Shown here in pieces: positions 39,970 through 49,429 of a stretch of DNA of 64,000 bases. The stretch is from Candidatus Poribacteria bacterium (GTDB lineage: Bacteria; Poribacteria; WGA-4E; WGA-3G). Each line of letters starts with the position of its first letter. Position 1 is the stretch's first letter. The translations under genes and the position numbers were made by a program. Under the pieces are notes generated by a model that was given only the letters and a program-made list of their open reading frames with translations, was not told where the DNA came from and ran no database searches. The DNA lies in assembly GCA_965198235.1 (NCBI GenBank), contig OZ240248.1:3680001-3744000 (forward strand), in the 5' to 3' direction.

Positions 39970-40743
39970 CTATCCGTACCGCATTTGCACGTAATCCGCG
40001 GTCTTAGGATGTTGGGGTGTTTCAAAGAGTGCTTGCGTTTCTCTGTGCTCAAGCAGTTCTCCGAGAAACATATAGATACACTCTTTGCTGATTCGCCGTG
40101 CCTGTGCCATGTTGTGCGTCACAACAAGGAATGTGTATGTTCCCGCAAGTACCGCCATTAATTCTTCAACAGCAAGCGTGCCTTTGGCATCTAATGCGGA
40201 GCACGGTTCGTCCATCAGGATGATTTTCGGTTTCAGTGGCAGCAAACGCGCGATACAGAGTTTTTGCTGCTGTTCAAGTTGGAGTGATGTTGCCCGCACC
40301 TTCAATTTGTCCTTCAGATCCTCCCAAAGGAAGACGGATGTGAGTGCTTCTTCAACAATCTGATCTGATTCTGTCCGTGTTATACTCCGCACCGGGGAGT
40401 GAATACGCAAACCAAACAATATATTGTCGTAAACTGAAATCGGCAACGGGTTAGGTCTTTGGAACACCATGCCAACCGATTTTCGGAGTTCCGGCAAAGA
40501 GACATCGGCATCGTAGATGTTTTTTCCCAAAACCTCGATTTTCCCTTTTGTCGTAACGTTGCCGTAACGTTCGTTGACGCGGTTGAAACATCGTAGGAGC
40601 GTTGATTTCCCGCACCCAGAAGGACCGATAAGCGAGGTTATTTGACCGTCCGGTATTTTCACGTTCACATCAATGAGTGCTTGAAAGTCACCATACCAGA
40701 GGCTGAGATTTTCAGTTTCAATGCTATAATTCATTTTTTTCAA
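39970..40743 (-). CDS. pstB: Phosphate ABC transporter ATP-binding protein (degenerate signature)
   Basis: GPSGCGKST, GMVFQRP, DEPCSALD and VTHN are intact; signature reads LQLEQQQ. Confidence 0.9.
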   Translation of the reverse strand: MKKMNYSIETENLSLWYGDFQALIDVNVKIPDGQITSLIGPSGCGKSTLLRCFNRVNERYGNVTTKGKIEVLGKNIYDADVSLPELRKSVGMVFQRPNPLPISVYDNILFGLRIHSPVRSITRTESDQIVEEALTSVFLWEDLKDKLKVRATSLQLEQQQKLCIARLLPLKPKIILMDEPCSALDAKGTLAVEELMAVLAGTYTFLVVTHNMAQARRISKECIYMFLGELLEHRETQALFETPQHPKTADYVQMRYG

Positions 40744-40828
40744 AGTTTTCAGTTTTCAGTTGTCGGTTACAAGAGATGATTGGTTATGCCAAGTGCTTCT
40801 TTCACTGACAACTGTTAACTGCTAACTA

Positions 40829-41614
40829 TTAACCAAAGGTCCCGTTCACATAGTCATAAGTAGCTTGCTCTGCCGGATTATCAGAGAAAATTATATCTGT
40901 TGTATCAATCTCGATGAGATCGCCATTGAGAAAAAAGGCAGTGCGGTTCGCCAACCGTTTCGCCTGTTGCACCAAATTTGTAACGAGCAAAATAGTCATT
41001 TCTGTCCGTAAAGTTTTGAGCACCTCTTCAATACGCATCGTTGTAACGGGATCGACGGCAATTGAGAATTCGTCGAGACAGAGGATCTCCGGTTGATGCG
41101 AAAGGGCACGAGCGATTGTCAAACGTTGTTGTTGTCCACCTGATAATTTAGTGCCGAGCGTGTTCAACCGGTCCTTTACCTCTTCCCACAGTGCCGCCTG
41201 TTGTAAACACCGTTCAACGATTTCGTCTAATTCCGATTTTGAGCGAATCCCTGTCGTGCGAGGTGCAAAAGCGACGTTGTCATATATCGAAAGCGGCAAA
41301 CCGACCGGTAAAGGCTGAACCATGCCGATACGTCGGCGTAAGCCGTATACATCACCAATTGTGCTAATATCTTCGCCATCCAGCTTCACGAACCCTTCTA
41401 CGGTTGTGTTCGGTGTAAGTTCCAATGTTCTATTGATAACTTTCAAGAGTGTTGTTTTACCGGATTGCGCGGGACCGATGATACCGAGGATCTCGTTCTG
41501 GTATACATCAAATGAAACTCCGTTCAGTGCGGGTTTATCTCTATAGTGCACCTTCAGATCGGTGACTTCAATTATAGGTGTGGTTTGCGATCCATTCTGG
41601 CTATTTGATTTCAT
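40829..41614 (-). CDS. pstB: Phosphate ABC transporter ATP-binding protein (intact signature, degenerate Q- and H-loops)
   Basis: GPAQSGKTT, GMVQPLP, LSGGQQQR, DEFSIAVD, VTNL. Confidence 0.9.
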   Translation of the reverse strand: MKSNSQNGSQTTPIIEVTDLKVHYRDKPALNGVSFDVYQNEILGIIGPAQSGKTTLLKVINRTLELTPNTTVEGFVKLDGEDISTIGDVYGLRRRIGMVQPLPVGLPLSIYDNVAFAPRTTGIRSKSELDEIVERCLQQAALWEEVKDRLNTLGTKLSGGQQQRLTIARALSHQPEILCLDEFSIAVDPVTTMRIEEVLKTLRTEMTILLVTNLVQQAKRLANRTAFFLNGDLIEIDTTDIIFSDNPAEQATYDYVNGTFG

Positions 41615-41616
41615 GT

Positions 41617-42369
41617 CTATTTGTCGATGCCTTCCGTGGATTCATTTTCCATATTTTTTTCACTTTCCTCTGCTTTTTGGCGTCCGACCCGTGCTTCCGT
41701 TAAAACTGAGGCTAACAATCCAGACGGGATCGCTATCAACCCTACCCCGACAAGGGTGACAAGGGCAGTGAAAATTTTCCCACCTGGCGTTGTTGGGTAA
41801 ACGTCCCCGTAACCGACTGTTGTGAGTGTCACAACAGACCACCACATGGAACCAAGAATGGTTCCGAATGCTTCGGGTTGCACTTCTCTTTCAAAATAGT
41901 GGATACCACATGCAGCGAGATAGACTAACATCAATGAGAGGATGACCAGTGCCAAGAGTTCCCGTCGGATTTCACTCAATGCCTCGGTGAGCCGATCTAC
42001 TGCTAAAATAAATCGGGTCGCTTTGAAAATTCTGAAAATTTTCAGGAACCGTAGTATTCTAAGTACACGGAACCCGGGCAAAAGAAACAGAGACGGTAAA
42101 ATAGCGAGCAAATCTATTATGCCATAAAAACTGAAAATGAAATCCCGTTTTCTGGGTTCAATATAAACACGCAGGATATATTCGATCGAAAATAGGACAA
42201 AAAACACCCAATCCAGAACAACGAAGTGAAACGCAGGAGGCGCGAGTGGATCTGTCGTACTGTCAGATTCAAGCACAAAGACGACGGCGGATGCAAGAAT
42301 CAGAAACTGGATTATTCCGCTGACGATGTTTCCTTCGATGATTGTTCGTAATCTGTCTTTATTTGTCAT
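41617..42369 (-). CDS. 6-TM voltage-gated potassium channel family protein
   Basis: S4-like FRVLRILRFLKIFRIFK; pore WWSVVTLTTVGYGD.YP.T..GK. Confidence 0.92.
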   Translation of the reverse strand: MTNKDRLRTIIEGNIVSGIIQFLILASAVVFVLESDSTTDPLAPPAFHFVVLDWVFFVLFSIEYILRVYIEPRKRDFIFSFYGIIDLLAILPSLFLLPGFRVLRILRFLKIFRIFKATRFILAVDRLTEALSEIRRELLALVILSLMLVYLAACGIHYFEREVQPEAFGTILGSMWWSVVTLTTVGYGDVYPTTPGGKIFTALVTLVGVGLIAIPSGLLASVLTEARVGRQKAEESEKNMENESTEGIDK

Positions 42370-42399
42370 GAATGTTCTTTCCTCACGAGTTAGTCTTAC

Positions 42400-43284
42400 T
42401 TACCACTTTTTCCGAGTTCGGAGATATACCCTTAGCACAATCGCTGCTGCATTGACGAGTAAGACACTGCCTACAAGGACAACTGCGGTCCCGTACGGGA
42501 TGCCCTCCGTAACGTCGGGAACCTGTGTTGAAATCGTAAAGAGGTGTAGCGATAGTGCCATACACTGTTCTGTTATATTATAGGCAAAAAGGTTTCCTTC
42601 TGCAATAGCTTTATAAAAAACCGCACCCGTAAACATGATAGGTGCCGTTTCACCTGCCGCTCGCGATACCTGTAATATAACGCCCGTCAAAATACCGCTG
42701 ATGGAGTTTGGGATAACAATACGACGGATCGTTTGCCAGCGCGTCGCACCAAGATTCCAACATGCCTCCCGGAAGGACATAGGTACGGCTTTAAGAGCTT
42801 CCGTTGTGCTGGCGATAATAACCGGGAGCGTCATGATTGCTAATGTGAGCGAAGCCGCTAAGATCGATTCACCTAAACCTGCGAAAAGCACAAACGCACC
42901 AACACCGAACAAGGCGTGGACGATGCTCGGCACACCCGCAAGGTTCACAACCGCTAAATTCGTGATACGCGTGAACCAATTCTCACGAGCGTACTCGTTG
43001 AGATACACTGCGGCGAATACGCCAATGGGTGCCGACACTAATAGGGAAACCACCACCAAATAAATTGTGCCTAAGAAGGGAGCCCATAGACCCCCTGCTC
43101 GCATGTTGTCTTTCGGGTTCGTGAATAGGAACTCCAAAGAGAGAACCGGTAGGGCTTTATAAAGAAGATAACCGATGATGAGAAGCAGTGGAATAATCAT
43201 CAGACTTGTCATCACAAGGAAGAAGATTCGCATCACATTCTCTATCCACCGCTTTTGTTTACTGATTTCTGTTTCTGTAAACAT
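42400..43284 (-). CDS. pstA: Phosphate ABC transporter permease PstA
   Basis: P.GV.AAVYLNEYA, LAGVPSIV, EALKAVP...RE, RAAGETAP. Confidence 0.96.
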   Translation of the reverse strand: MFTETEISKQKRWIENVMRIFFLVMTSLMIIPLLLIIGYLLYKALPVLSLEFLFTNPKDNMRAGGLWAPFLGTIYLVVVSLLVSAPIGVFAAVYLNEYARENWFTRITNLAVVNLAGVPSIVHALFGVGAFVLFAGLGESILAASLTLAIMTLPVIIASTTEALKAVPMSFREACWNLGATRWQTIRRIVIPNSISGILTGVILQVSRAAGETAPIMFTGAVFYKAIAEGNLFAYNITEQCMALSLHLFTISTQVPDVTEGIPYGTAVVLVGSVLLVNAAAIVLRVYLRTRKKW

Positions 43285-43355
43285 TTTTTAATTTTTCCTT
43301 GCGGTTCGTTTCAGGCTGCGCACTTTGGATGTCCTCAAAGAGTGGCTATCCGGTG

Positions 43356-44264
43356 TTATGACTCTTGGCGGATACCTTTAATCACTAAGTCGGCGATGAG
43401 GTTCACCACAAATGTAATGGTGAAAAGCAGAATGCCGATGATAAAGAGCACTTGATAGTGTTCATCTCCTCTTGCAACTTCGCCCAATTCGGCGGCGATT
43501 GTTGCTGTGAGCGTGCGAATCCAAGAAAGTGGACCTGATGGGATGTTAACGGAGTGTCCGGTTGCCATAAGGACAGCCATCGTTTCACCGATAGAGCGTG
43601 CGGCACCGAGTAGCACTGCTGCCAGTAACCCATTTTTGGCAGCTGGTAAAAGCACACGGTAAACCACCTGCCACCGGGTCGCACCGAGTGCTTCCGCCGC
43701 TTCACGATAGGAATCCGGTACGGCTTTTAGCGCGTCCTCCGCGATAGAGACGATAATCGGCACACTCATTAGTGCCAGCATGATGCTACCGTTCAGCATC
43801 GTTAAACCAATCGGGGCTTTGAACACTGTGATAATCAATTGATTCATCAGTGTCAATCCGATGAACCCCCACACAACGGAAGGGATGGCGGCGAGCAGTT
43901 CAATGATGATCTTAAATGCTTCTCTCAGTTTCGGACTACAGAACTCCGATACAAAGATCGCCGCACCGAGCCCAAACGGAACAGCGATACACATCGCTAA
44001 GGTAGTGACGCTGAAAGTGCCGACGATCAGAGCAAGTGCGCCATATCTTTTATTCTTCAATGAGGTCGGTTGCCACTCTACACTTGTCAGAAATTGCCCC
44101 AAATCTAAACCGTTGAAAAGGAAACCTGCTCCCTCCCGAAATACAAAGAAGAAGATACCGAATACAAAGATAATGGAACTAATACCGCACAGGCGGATAA
44201 ACAGTTCAATCGCGGTTTCGGAAAATGGCAGATTCGCCGCGCTTTTTTTGCGTAGGATGTTCAT
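43356..44264 (-). CDS. pstC: Phosphate ABC transporter permease PstC
   Basis: ELLAAIPSVV.G, EDAL.AVP...REA..ALGAT, R.IGETMAV.M..G. Confidence 0.96.
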   Translation of the reverse strand: MNILRKKSAANLPFSETAIELFIRLCGISSIIFVFGIFFFVFREGAGFLFNGLDLGQFLTSVEWQPTSLKNKRYGALALIVGTFSVTTLAMCIAVPFGLGAAIFVSEFCSPKLREAFKIIIELLAAIPSVVWGFIGLTLMNQLIITVFKAPIGLTMLNGSIMLALMSVPIIVSIAEDALKAVPDSYREAAEALGATRWQVVYRVLLPAAKNGLLAAVLLGAARSIGETMAVLMATGHSVNIPSGPLSWIRTLTATIAAELGEVARGDEHYQVLFIIGILLFTITFVVNLIADLVIKGIRQES

Positions 44265-44272
44265 ATTTATTC

Positions 44273-45196
44273 TTACTGACTTTCTAACGGTACGAAGCCG
44301 AGTTTCTCAACGATCTTTTGCCCCTCTGCTGACAAGATCCAATCGAGGTATAGTTTCACTTCTCCTGTAGGTTCACCGAGGGAATACATATACAATGGAC
44401 GCGCGATAGGGTAGGTTTTGGCAAGGACATTCTCAAGATTCGGGGGGTAGTAAGGTGCATCGGGGTTGGCGGCAACCTTTAACATTTTCACATGTGAGGT
44501 GGCATATCCCATTCCGCTGTAGCCGATAGCACACGGGGTCCTTCCGACAACTTCCACAACATCTTTAGATCCATGTAGGTCCAGCGAACCGATGCGGAAA
44601 TCACGGCTTGTGCCGAGAAGTGCCTCTCGAAAGTAGAAATAAGTGCCGGAGTTAGATTGACGACTGATGCGGATAATTTTGTCGCTTGGACAATCGCTAT
44701 GTGATATACCAAGATCGCTCCACTTGGCTATTGTGCCGTTCTCACCATAAATTTCCGCCAGTTGGGTGATCGTAATTTCATCGAGGGGCGTATCCTGGTG
44801 GACATAGACTGCGAGGGCATCGTAGCCGACGATAAATTCCTGAGGAACTTTACCGTTATTTTGCGTCGCAAATTCCAGTTCTTTCGGTTTAATCTGGCGA
44901 CTGCAGTTCGCAATATCTACGGTGCCATTGATGAGTGCCGCGACACCTGTCCCGGAACCGCCACCTGACACCTCCACCGATGCTGTGGTGCTTACATCCG
45001 TATACTTTTCCGCCCATGCCTGTGCCAGATTCACCATCGTGTCTGAACCTTTATTTTTGATGGTGAGTTGTGTTTCCCCTGTCTTTGCAACGCTTGTTTT
45101 GTCCTTAGGCAAACAGCCGGACATAACGAAGCTGCATGCGAAAATGACAAGGGAGCATATAGTGATGTAGCCGATCCGACCGTTTATTTGCATCAA
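44273..45196 (-). CDS. pstS: Phosphate-binding lipoprotein PstS
   Basis: Lipobox-like MSGC; KGSDTM, GGGSGTG, SRQ..SGTY, YPIARPLY. Confidence 0.96.
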   Translation of the reverse strand: MMQINGRIGYITICSLVIFACSFVMSGCLPKDKTSVAKTGETQLTIKNKGSDTMVNLAQAWAEKYTDVSTTASVEVSGGGSGTGVAALINGTVDIANCSRQIKPKELEFATQNNGKVPQEFIVGYDALAVYVHQDTPLDEITITQLAEIYGENGTIAKWSDLGISHSDCPSDKIIRISRQSNSGTYFYFREALLGTSRDFRIGSLDLHGSKDVVEVVGRTPCAIGYSGMGYATSHVKMLKVAANPDAPYYPPNLENVLAKTYPIARPLYMYSLGEPTGEVKLYLDWILSAEGQKIVEKLGFVPLESQ

Positions 45197-45573
45197 TCTA
45201 CCTCTATCACAAGATTCTAACCTAAATTATAACACCCAATTGTTACGAAAATAAGACAAAATTCGGAATTTTTATCAATTGACCAGGATTTACGCAAAAT
45301 TGAGACGCACCCCTGAGCCGCTGTCGAGGTTTGCAACCTCGCCTACTGACAACTGACAACTAAAGGTGTATAGGTAATTCTAAAATCTATCATAAATTGA
45401 TTGATTTTAGAACCCTACTGTGATAAAATAAAAAAATAGATTTGTGAAGAAATATGCCTACTCAACAGGTTACAGCGCAATAACCTTTGCACAGTGGTAG
45501 CACAAATAATATCAATACGAAATACGAGTGACTCGCGCTAACTAACACTATATTACAGAGTAAGGGAGATATT

Positions 45574-47085
45574 GTGCAGTCCAAATTCCAACAACTCAAA
45601 ATCCGTCTGCTTGAGGCGAATGATATATCGTCCGCCGCCGGGCTCCTCTACTGGGATCAATCCACGTACATGCCGCCCGGTGGTGCCCCTGCTCGGGCAC
45701 GTCAAAGTGCTACACTAAGCCGATTAGCACACGAAAAGTTTACTGATCCGGAAATAGGGAGGTTGCTTGACGACCTCCACCCTTATGAAAAGAGTCTCGC
45801 TTACGATTCCGACGAAGCAAGTCTCCTCCGTGTCTCACGTAGGAGCTACGAACGTGCTACGAAAATACCCGCTGAATTCATGGCGGAGGTGACGAACCAC
45901 ACATCGGAATCTTATCAGGTATGGACTGAGGCACGCCCAGCGAATGACTTTGAACGGGTCCGTCCCTATCTCGAAAAAACGCTGGACTACAGTCGGCAGG
46001 CTGCTAACTTCTTTCCGGGGTATGAACACATTGCGGATCCACTCATTGAATCCAGCGATTACGGCATGAAGGCTACCGATGTGAGTCGCGTCTTTGCGGA
46101 ATTACGCCAAGAGCTCGTGCCGATTGCTTCTGCGATTACCTCGCAAGCACTCGCCGATGATTCGTGTTTGTACCAACACTTTCCAGAGGAGAAACAACTC
46201 GCGTTTGGCTTAGAAGTTGCCCAGAAATTTGGTTACGATATGAATCGCGGGCGTCAAGACAAAACACATCACCCATTTATGACAAAGTTCTCACTCGGTG
46301 ACGTGCGAATCACAACCCGTACAAAGGAGAATTTCTTGGGCGACGCGCTCTTCAGCACCTTACACGAAACAGGGCATGCGCTGTATGAACAGGGGATTCG
46401 CATGGATTTGGAAGGTACACCGCTTGCTCGTGGCACTTCATCGGGTGTTCATGAAAGTCAGTCGAGGCTTTGGGAAAATATTGTGGGACGTAGCCGCGGG
46501 TTTTGGCAACACTTCTATCCGCAACTTCAAAATGTTTTTCCTGAGCAACTGGATTCCGTCCGCTTACGGACGTTTCACCGAGCAATTAATAAAGTGGAAC
46601 GTTCCCTCATTCGCACAAATGCGGACGAAGTTACGTACAACCTGCACGTCATGTTGCGTTTTGATTTCGAGTTGGCACTCTTAGAAGGCAACTTGGAGAT
46701 TCGAGATTTACCGAATGCGTGGCGTGAACGGTTTGAAGCCGATTTCGGTATCGTTCCGCCTGATGACAAGGACGGTGTTTTGCAAGATGTTCATTGGTAT
46801 TATGGGTTGATTGGCGGTTCATTTCAGGGCTACACATTGGGCAATATCTTGGGGGCTCAATTCTTTTCGGCTGCCTGTGAAGCGCACTCTGATATTCCAT
46901 CTGAAATCGAAAATGGCGAATTCGCTACACTCCACGATTGGTTGAAGGAGAATCTTTACCAACACGGATCGAAATATACGGCACCGGAAATTATCCAGCG
47001 CGTAACCGGAAGTCCTTTATCTATTGAACCTTATATAGCCTACCTCCGGACGAAATATGGTGAATTATACGACTTAGGGAATTAG
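45574..47085 (+). CDS. Carboxypeptidase M32 (Taq carboxypeptidase family)
   Basis: L.WDQ.T.MP, HPF, DVRITTR, HETGHALYEQG, HESQS, G.LQDVHW, YTLGN. Confidence 0.96.
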   Translation: MQSKFQQLKIRLLEANDISSAAGLLYWDQSTYMPPGGAPARARQSATLSRLAHEKFTDPEIGRLLDDLHPYEKSLAYDSDEASLLRVSRRSYERATKIPAEFMAEVTNHTSESYQVWTEARPANDFERVRPYLEKTLDYSRQAANFFPGYEHIADPLIESSDYGMKATDVSRVFAELRQELVPIASAITSQALADDSCLYQHFPEEKQLAFGLEVAQKFGYDMNRGRQDKTHHPFMTKFSLGDVRITTRTKENFLGDALFSTLHETGHALYEQGIRMDLEGTPLARGTSSGVHESQSRLWENIVGRSRGFWQHFYPQLQNVFPEQLDSVRLRTFHRAINKVERSLIRTNADEVTYNLHVMLRFDFELALLEGNLEIRDLPNAWRERFEADFGIVPPDDKDGVLQDVHWYYGLIGGSFQGYTLGNILGAQFFSAACEAHSDIPSEIENGEFATLHDWLKENLYQHGSKYTAPEIIQRVTGSPLSIEPYIAYLRTKYGELYDLGN

Positions 47086-47340
47086 GAATTCATAGGGAAA
47101 AAACCTGAGCCTGTAATGAAATTATGCCTTAAATGGCATAATTTGTCTTTGCTTTACATTTGGAAGGGTTTTTGCTTGGGGTTTTTGCAATGTAATACAA
47201 GGAATGGATTTGATCTATTCCCAGACCAAATCCGGTATTTCTGCGGATTTCTTCAACTCTTAAGGAATGCACGTCAAAGTCCTGGGGAAACACCCAAGCA
47301 AAAACACCCACGTCATTTTACCGCAAGGAAAATTAAAAAA

Positions 47341-47853
47341 ATGCGAATGCTCCTCATTTTACTCCTCTGCGGGTTTTTGCAAGCTTGTGGCGGACTCAAA
47401 CTGGTTGATATATCCAAGAGTTCAGCGGCATTGCAACTCACAACCGCACAGCAGCAGGCGATTCATCCAAAACTGAAACTCATCCGTGACATCGTTGAAG
47501 ATTACGATTTTGAGAAGAAACAGTTGGAGGTGGATTATCAGATATTTCGGGCCGGCATAACACAACGTCAATATGACCGATATGAAGGTGGGTTCAGGGA
47601 TACGCGTTCTCGGCGGGAGTTAAATGAATTCAGGGACGAGGCGCGAAAATTTCTGAGGCAGCGTGCGATCTATCTCGACGAGGTTAACGATCTTATTGAG
47701 GAAGTCGCGGCGGAACTTACGTCTGAGCAACGTCTTAAATTCGCTGAACTGAGACTCCCCAAGTTAGAAGTGCCGATAATGCTCCAGCGCGACCCGTACA
47801 ACGACCTCCGCTATATTCCAAATCATCCACTTGGTGGAATGAACGTATTTTAA
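47341..47853 (+). CDS. Hypothetical helical lipoprotein
   Basis: MRMLLILLLCGFLQAC lipobox; the longer ORF in the track reads through repeat DNA. Confidence 0.7.
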   Translation: MRMLLILLLCGFLQACGGLKLVDISKSSAALQLTTAQQQAIHPKLKLIRDIVEDYDFEKKQLEVDYQIFRAGITQRQYDRYEGGFRDTRSRRELNEFRDEARKFLRQRAIYLDEVNDLIEEVAAELTSEQRLKFAELRLPKLEVPIMLQRDPYNDLRYIPNHPLGGMNVF

Positions 47854-47859
47854 GCGTTT

Positions 47860-49152
47860 GTGATGGATTACTACGTTAGTTTGCTCGGTGACGATTCAAA
47901 CGTCGGTACGTCCACAACGTACCCGTGGCAAAGTATTGAACGGGTAAATGCTGCCCGGTTGTTGCCGGGTGATTCTGTCCTGTTTCGAGCCAACCAGACT
48001 TTCCTTGGAAATCTCTGTTTTGCTGATAACGGGACGCGTCGAGTGGCTAAACCGATAACTGTCGGCTCTTACGGATCGGGTAGAGCAACTATTGACGCAG
48101 CGGATGGTGCCGGTTGCGTAGTGAAGAATATGGGGGGTGTCCATCTAAGAGAACTCAACTTTGTCGGTGCTGGTGCATCTGAGAATGCTGATTCTGGCAT
48201 CGTGTTCATTAATACGCTGCCCGGTGGGATTAAGTTGGGAGATATTCAGATTCATCGCGTTGATGTCAGCGATTTCAAGCATTCTGGGATCTGTTTCCTG
48301 GCAGAACCACCAGATCGGAGTTGGAGTGGTTTCTGTGATGTCAGAATTACGTCCGTCACGAGCCATGACAACGGTGACGCAGGTATCAGTTGTATCGGTG
48401 TTTGGAATCCGGAGCGAGATGGTTATGCGCATGCCGACTTTTATGTGGGTAACTGCAGTGTTTATAGGAACGCAGGCATCCCCGGCAAGGGGAGTCACTC
48501 AGGGAACGGCATTGTCCTCGCACAAGTAGATGGAGCGTTAATTGAGCGGTGTCGTGCTTACGAAAATGGCAGCTTAAACGATTATGAAGGCGGGGGTCCT
48601 GTTGGAATCTGGGTATGGGACGCGAACCGTGTTGTCATTCAGTTCAACGAATCTCATCACAACCGTACTGGCAGCAGTAAAGATGGGGGTGGGTTCGATC
48701 TGGACGGTGGCGTGAGAAATTCAACTGTTCAGCACAACTATTCCCACGATAACGATGGACCCGGGTATCTGCTGGCACAGTTCAGCGGTGCGCGTGCGTT
48801 TTACGGGAACGTCCTTCGCCATAATGTGAGTGTAAACGATGGTAGAAAGAATCGTTACGGAGGCATTCACCTCTGGTCTACTGGTGCAAACGGTGGTATC
48901 ACGGACACAGTTTTTTACGCCAACACAATCTTCACAACGCAATCCACTGATGGAAACCCTGCCACAGTTGACTGTCCGAGCGAAGGCATTCGCAACATCC
49001 GTTTCTATAACAACCGCTTTCAAACCGATGGGAAGGCGGTGTTAGTACGTGGCAAAACCAATCCAGACATAGTGTTTGAAGCCAACACTTTTTCTGTAGC
49101 ACAAACTGTTAATTTGTCGGATATGGCAAAGGTGCACGGTAGGTTTTTGTAG
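47860..49152 (+). CDS. Right-handed beta-helix protein (polysaccharide lyase/hydrolase-like)
   Basis: YYVS..GDD.N.G.S...PW.SI..VN...L.PGD.VLF, DGGGFDLDGG, Asn ladders. Confidence 0.85.
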   Translation: MMDYYVSLLGDDSNVGTSTTYPWQSIERVNAARLLPGDSVLFRANQTFLGNLCFADNGTRRVAKPITVGSYGSGRATIDAADGAGCVVKNMGGVHLRELNFVGAGASENADSGIVFINTLPGGIKLGDIQIHRVDVSDFKHSGICFLAEPPDRSWSGFCDVRITSVTSHDNGDAGISCIGVWNPERDGYAHADFYVGNCSVYRNAGIPGKGSHSGNGIVLAQVDGALIERCRAYENGSLNDYEGGGPVGIWVWDANRVVIQFNESHHNRTGSSKDGGGFDLDGGVRNSTVQHNYSHDNDGPGYLLAQFSGARAFYGNVLRHNVSVNDGRKNRYGGIHLWSTGANGGITDTVFYANTIFTTQSTDGNPATVDCPSEGIRNIRFYNNRFQTDGKAVLVRGKTNPDIVFEANTFSVAQTVNLSDMAKVHGRFL

Positions 49153-49429
49153 CATAAACTGTTAGTTTGTGCCCTACGACGGTCGGTGGTTTATTGTCTG
49201 AATCGCGGATTACGCGGATTTTGGGGATTTTTGTTTACCGTCCTTTGGATTCCACAGCCCTCGCCCGGTGCCCGTTGGGTTTCACGCTGGCGTTGTGCGT
49301 GAAGGGGTATCTTGCAAAGCAGAGTTCTTTTGTGCGTGATGCGGTTTTGCTGAGGTCCGTTCAACCCAACCTACAATAGGCTTTCACTGCCAGTTTGTGG
49401 CATACTACAGATGAGCGAATAGTCCTATT

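Noticed and set aside
39873-40052. N-terminal extension of the PstA-like ORF in the track
   Set aside because: Overlaps the upstream pstB and intergenic DNA; ATG 39872 is a more plausible start.
45215-45265. Pho box upstream of pstS
   Set aside because: Only a weak 11-bp periodicity (gtctta/gtaaca/gtgtta on the minus strand); too degenerate to call without a lineage-specific matrix.
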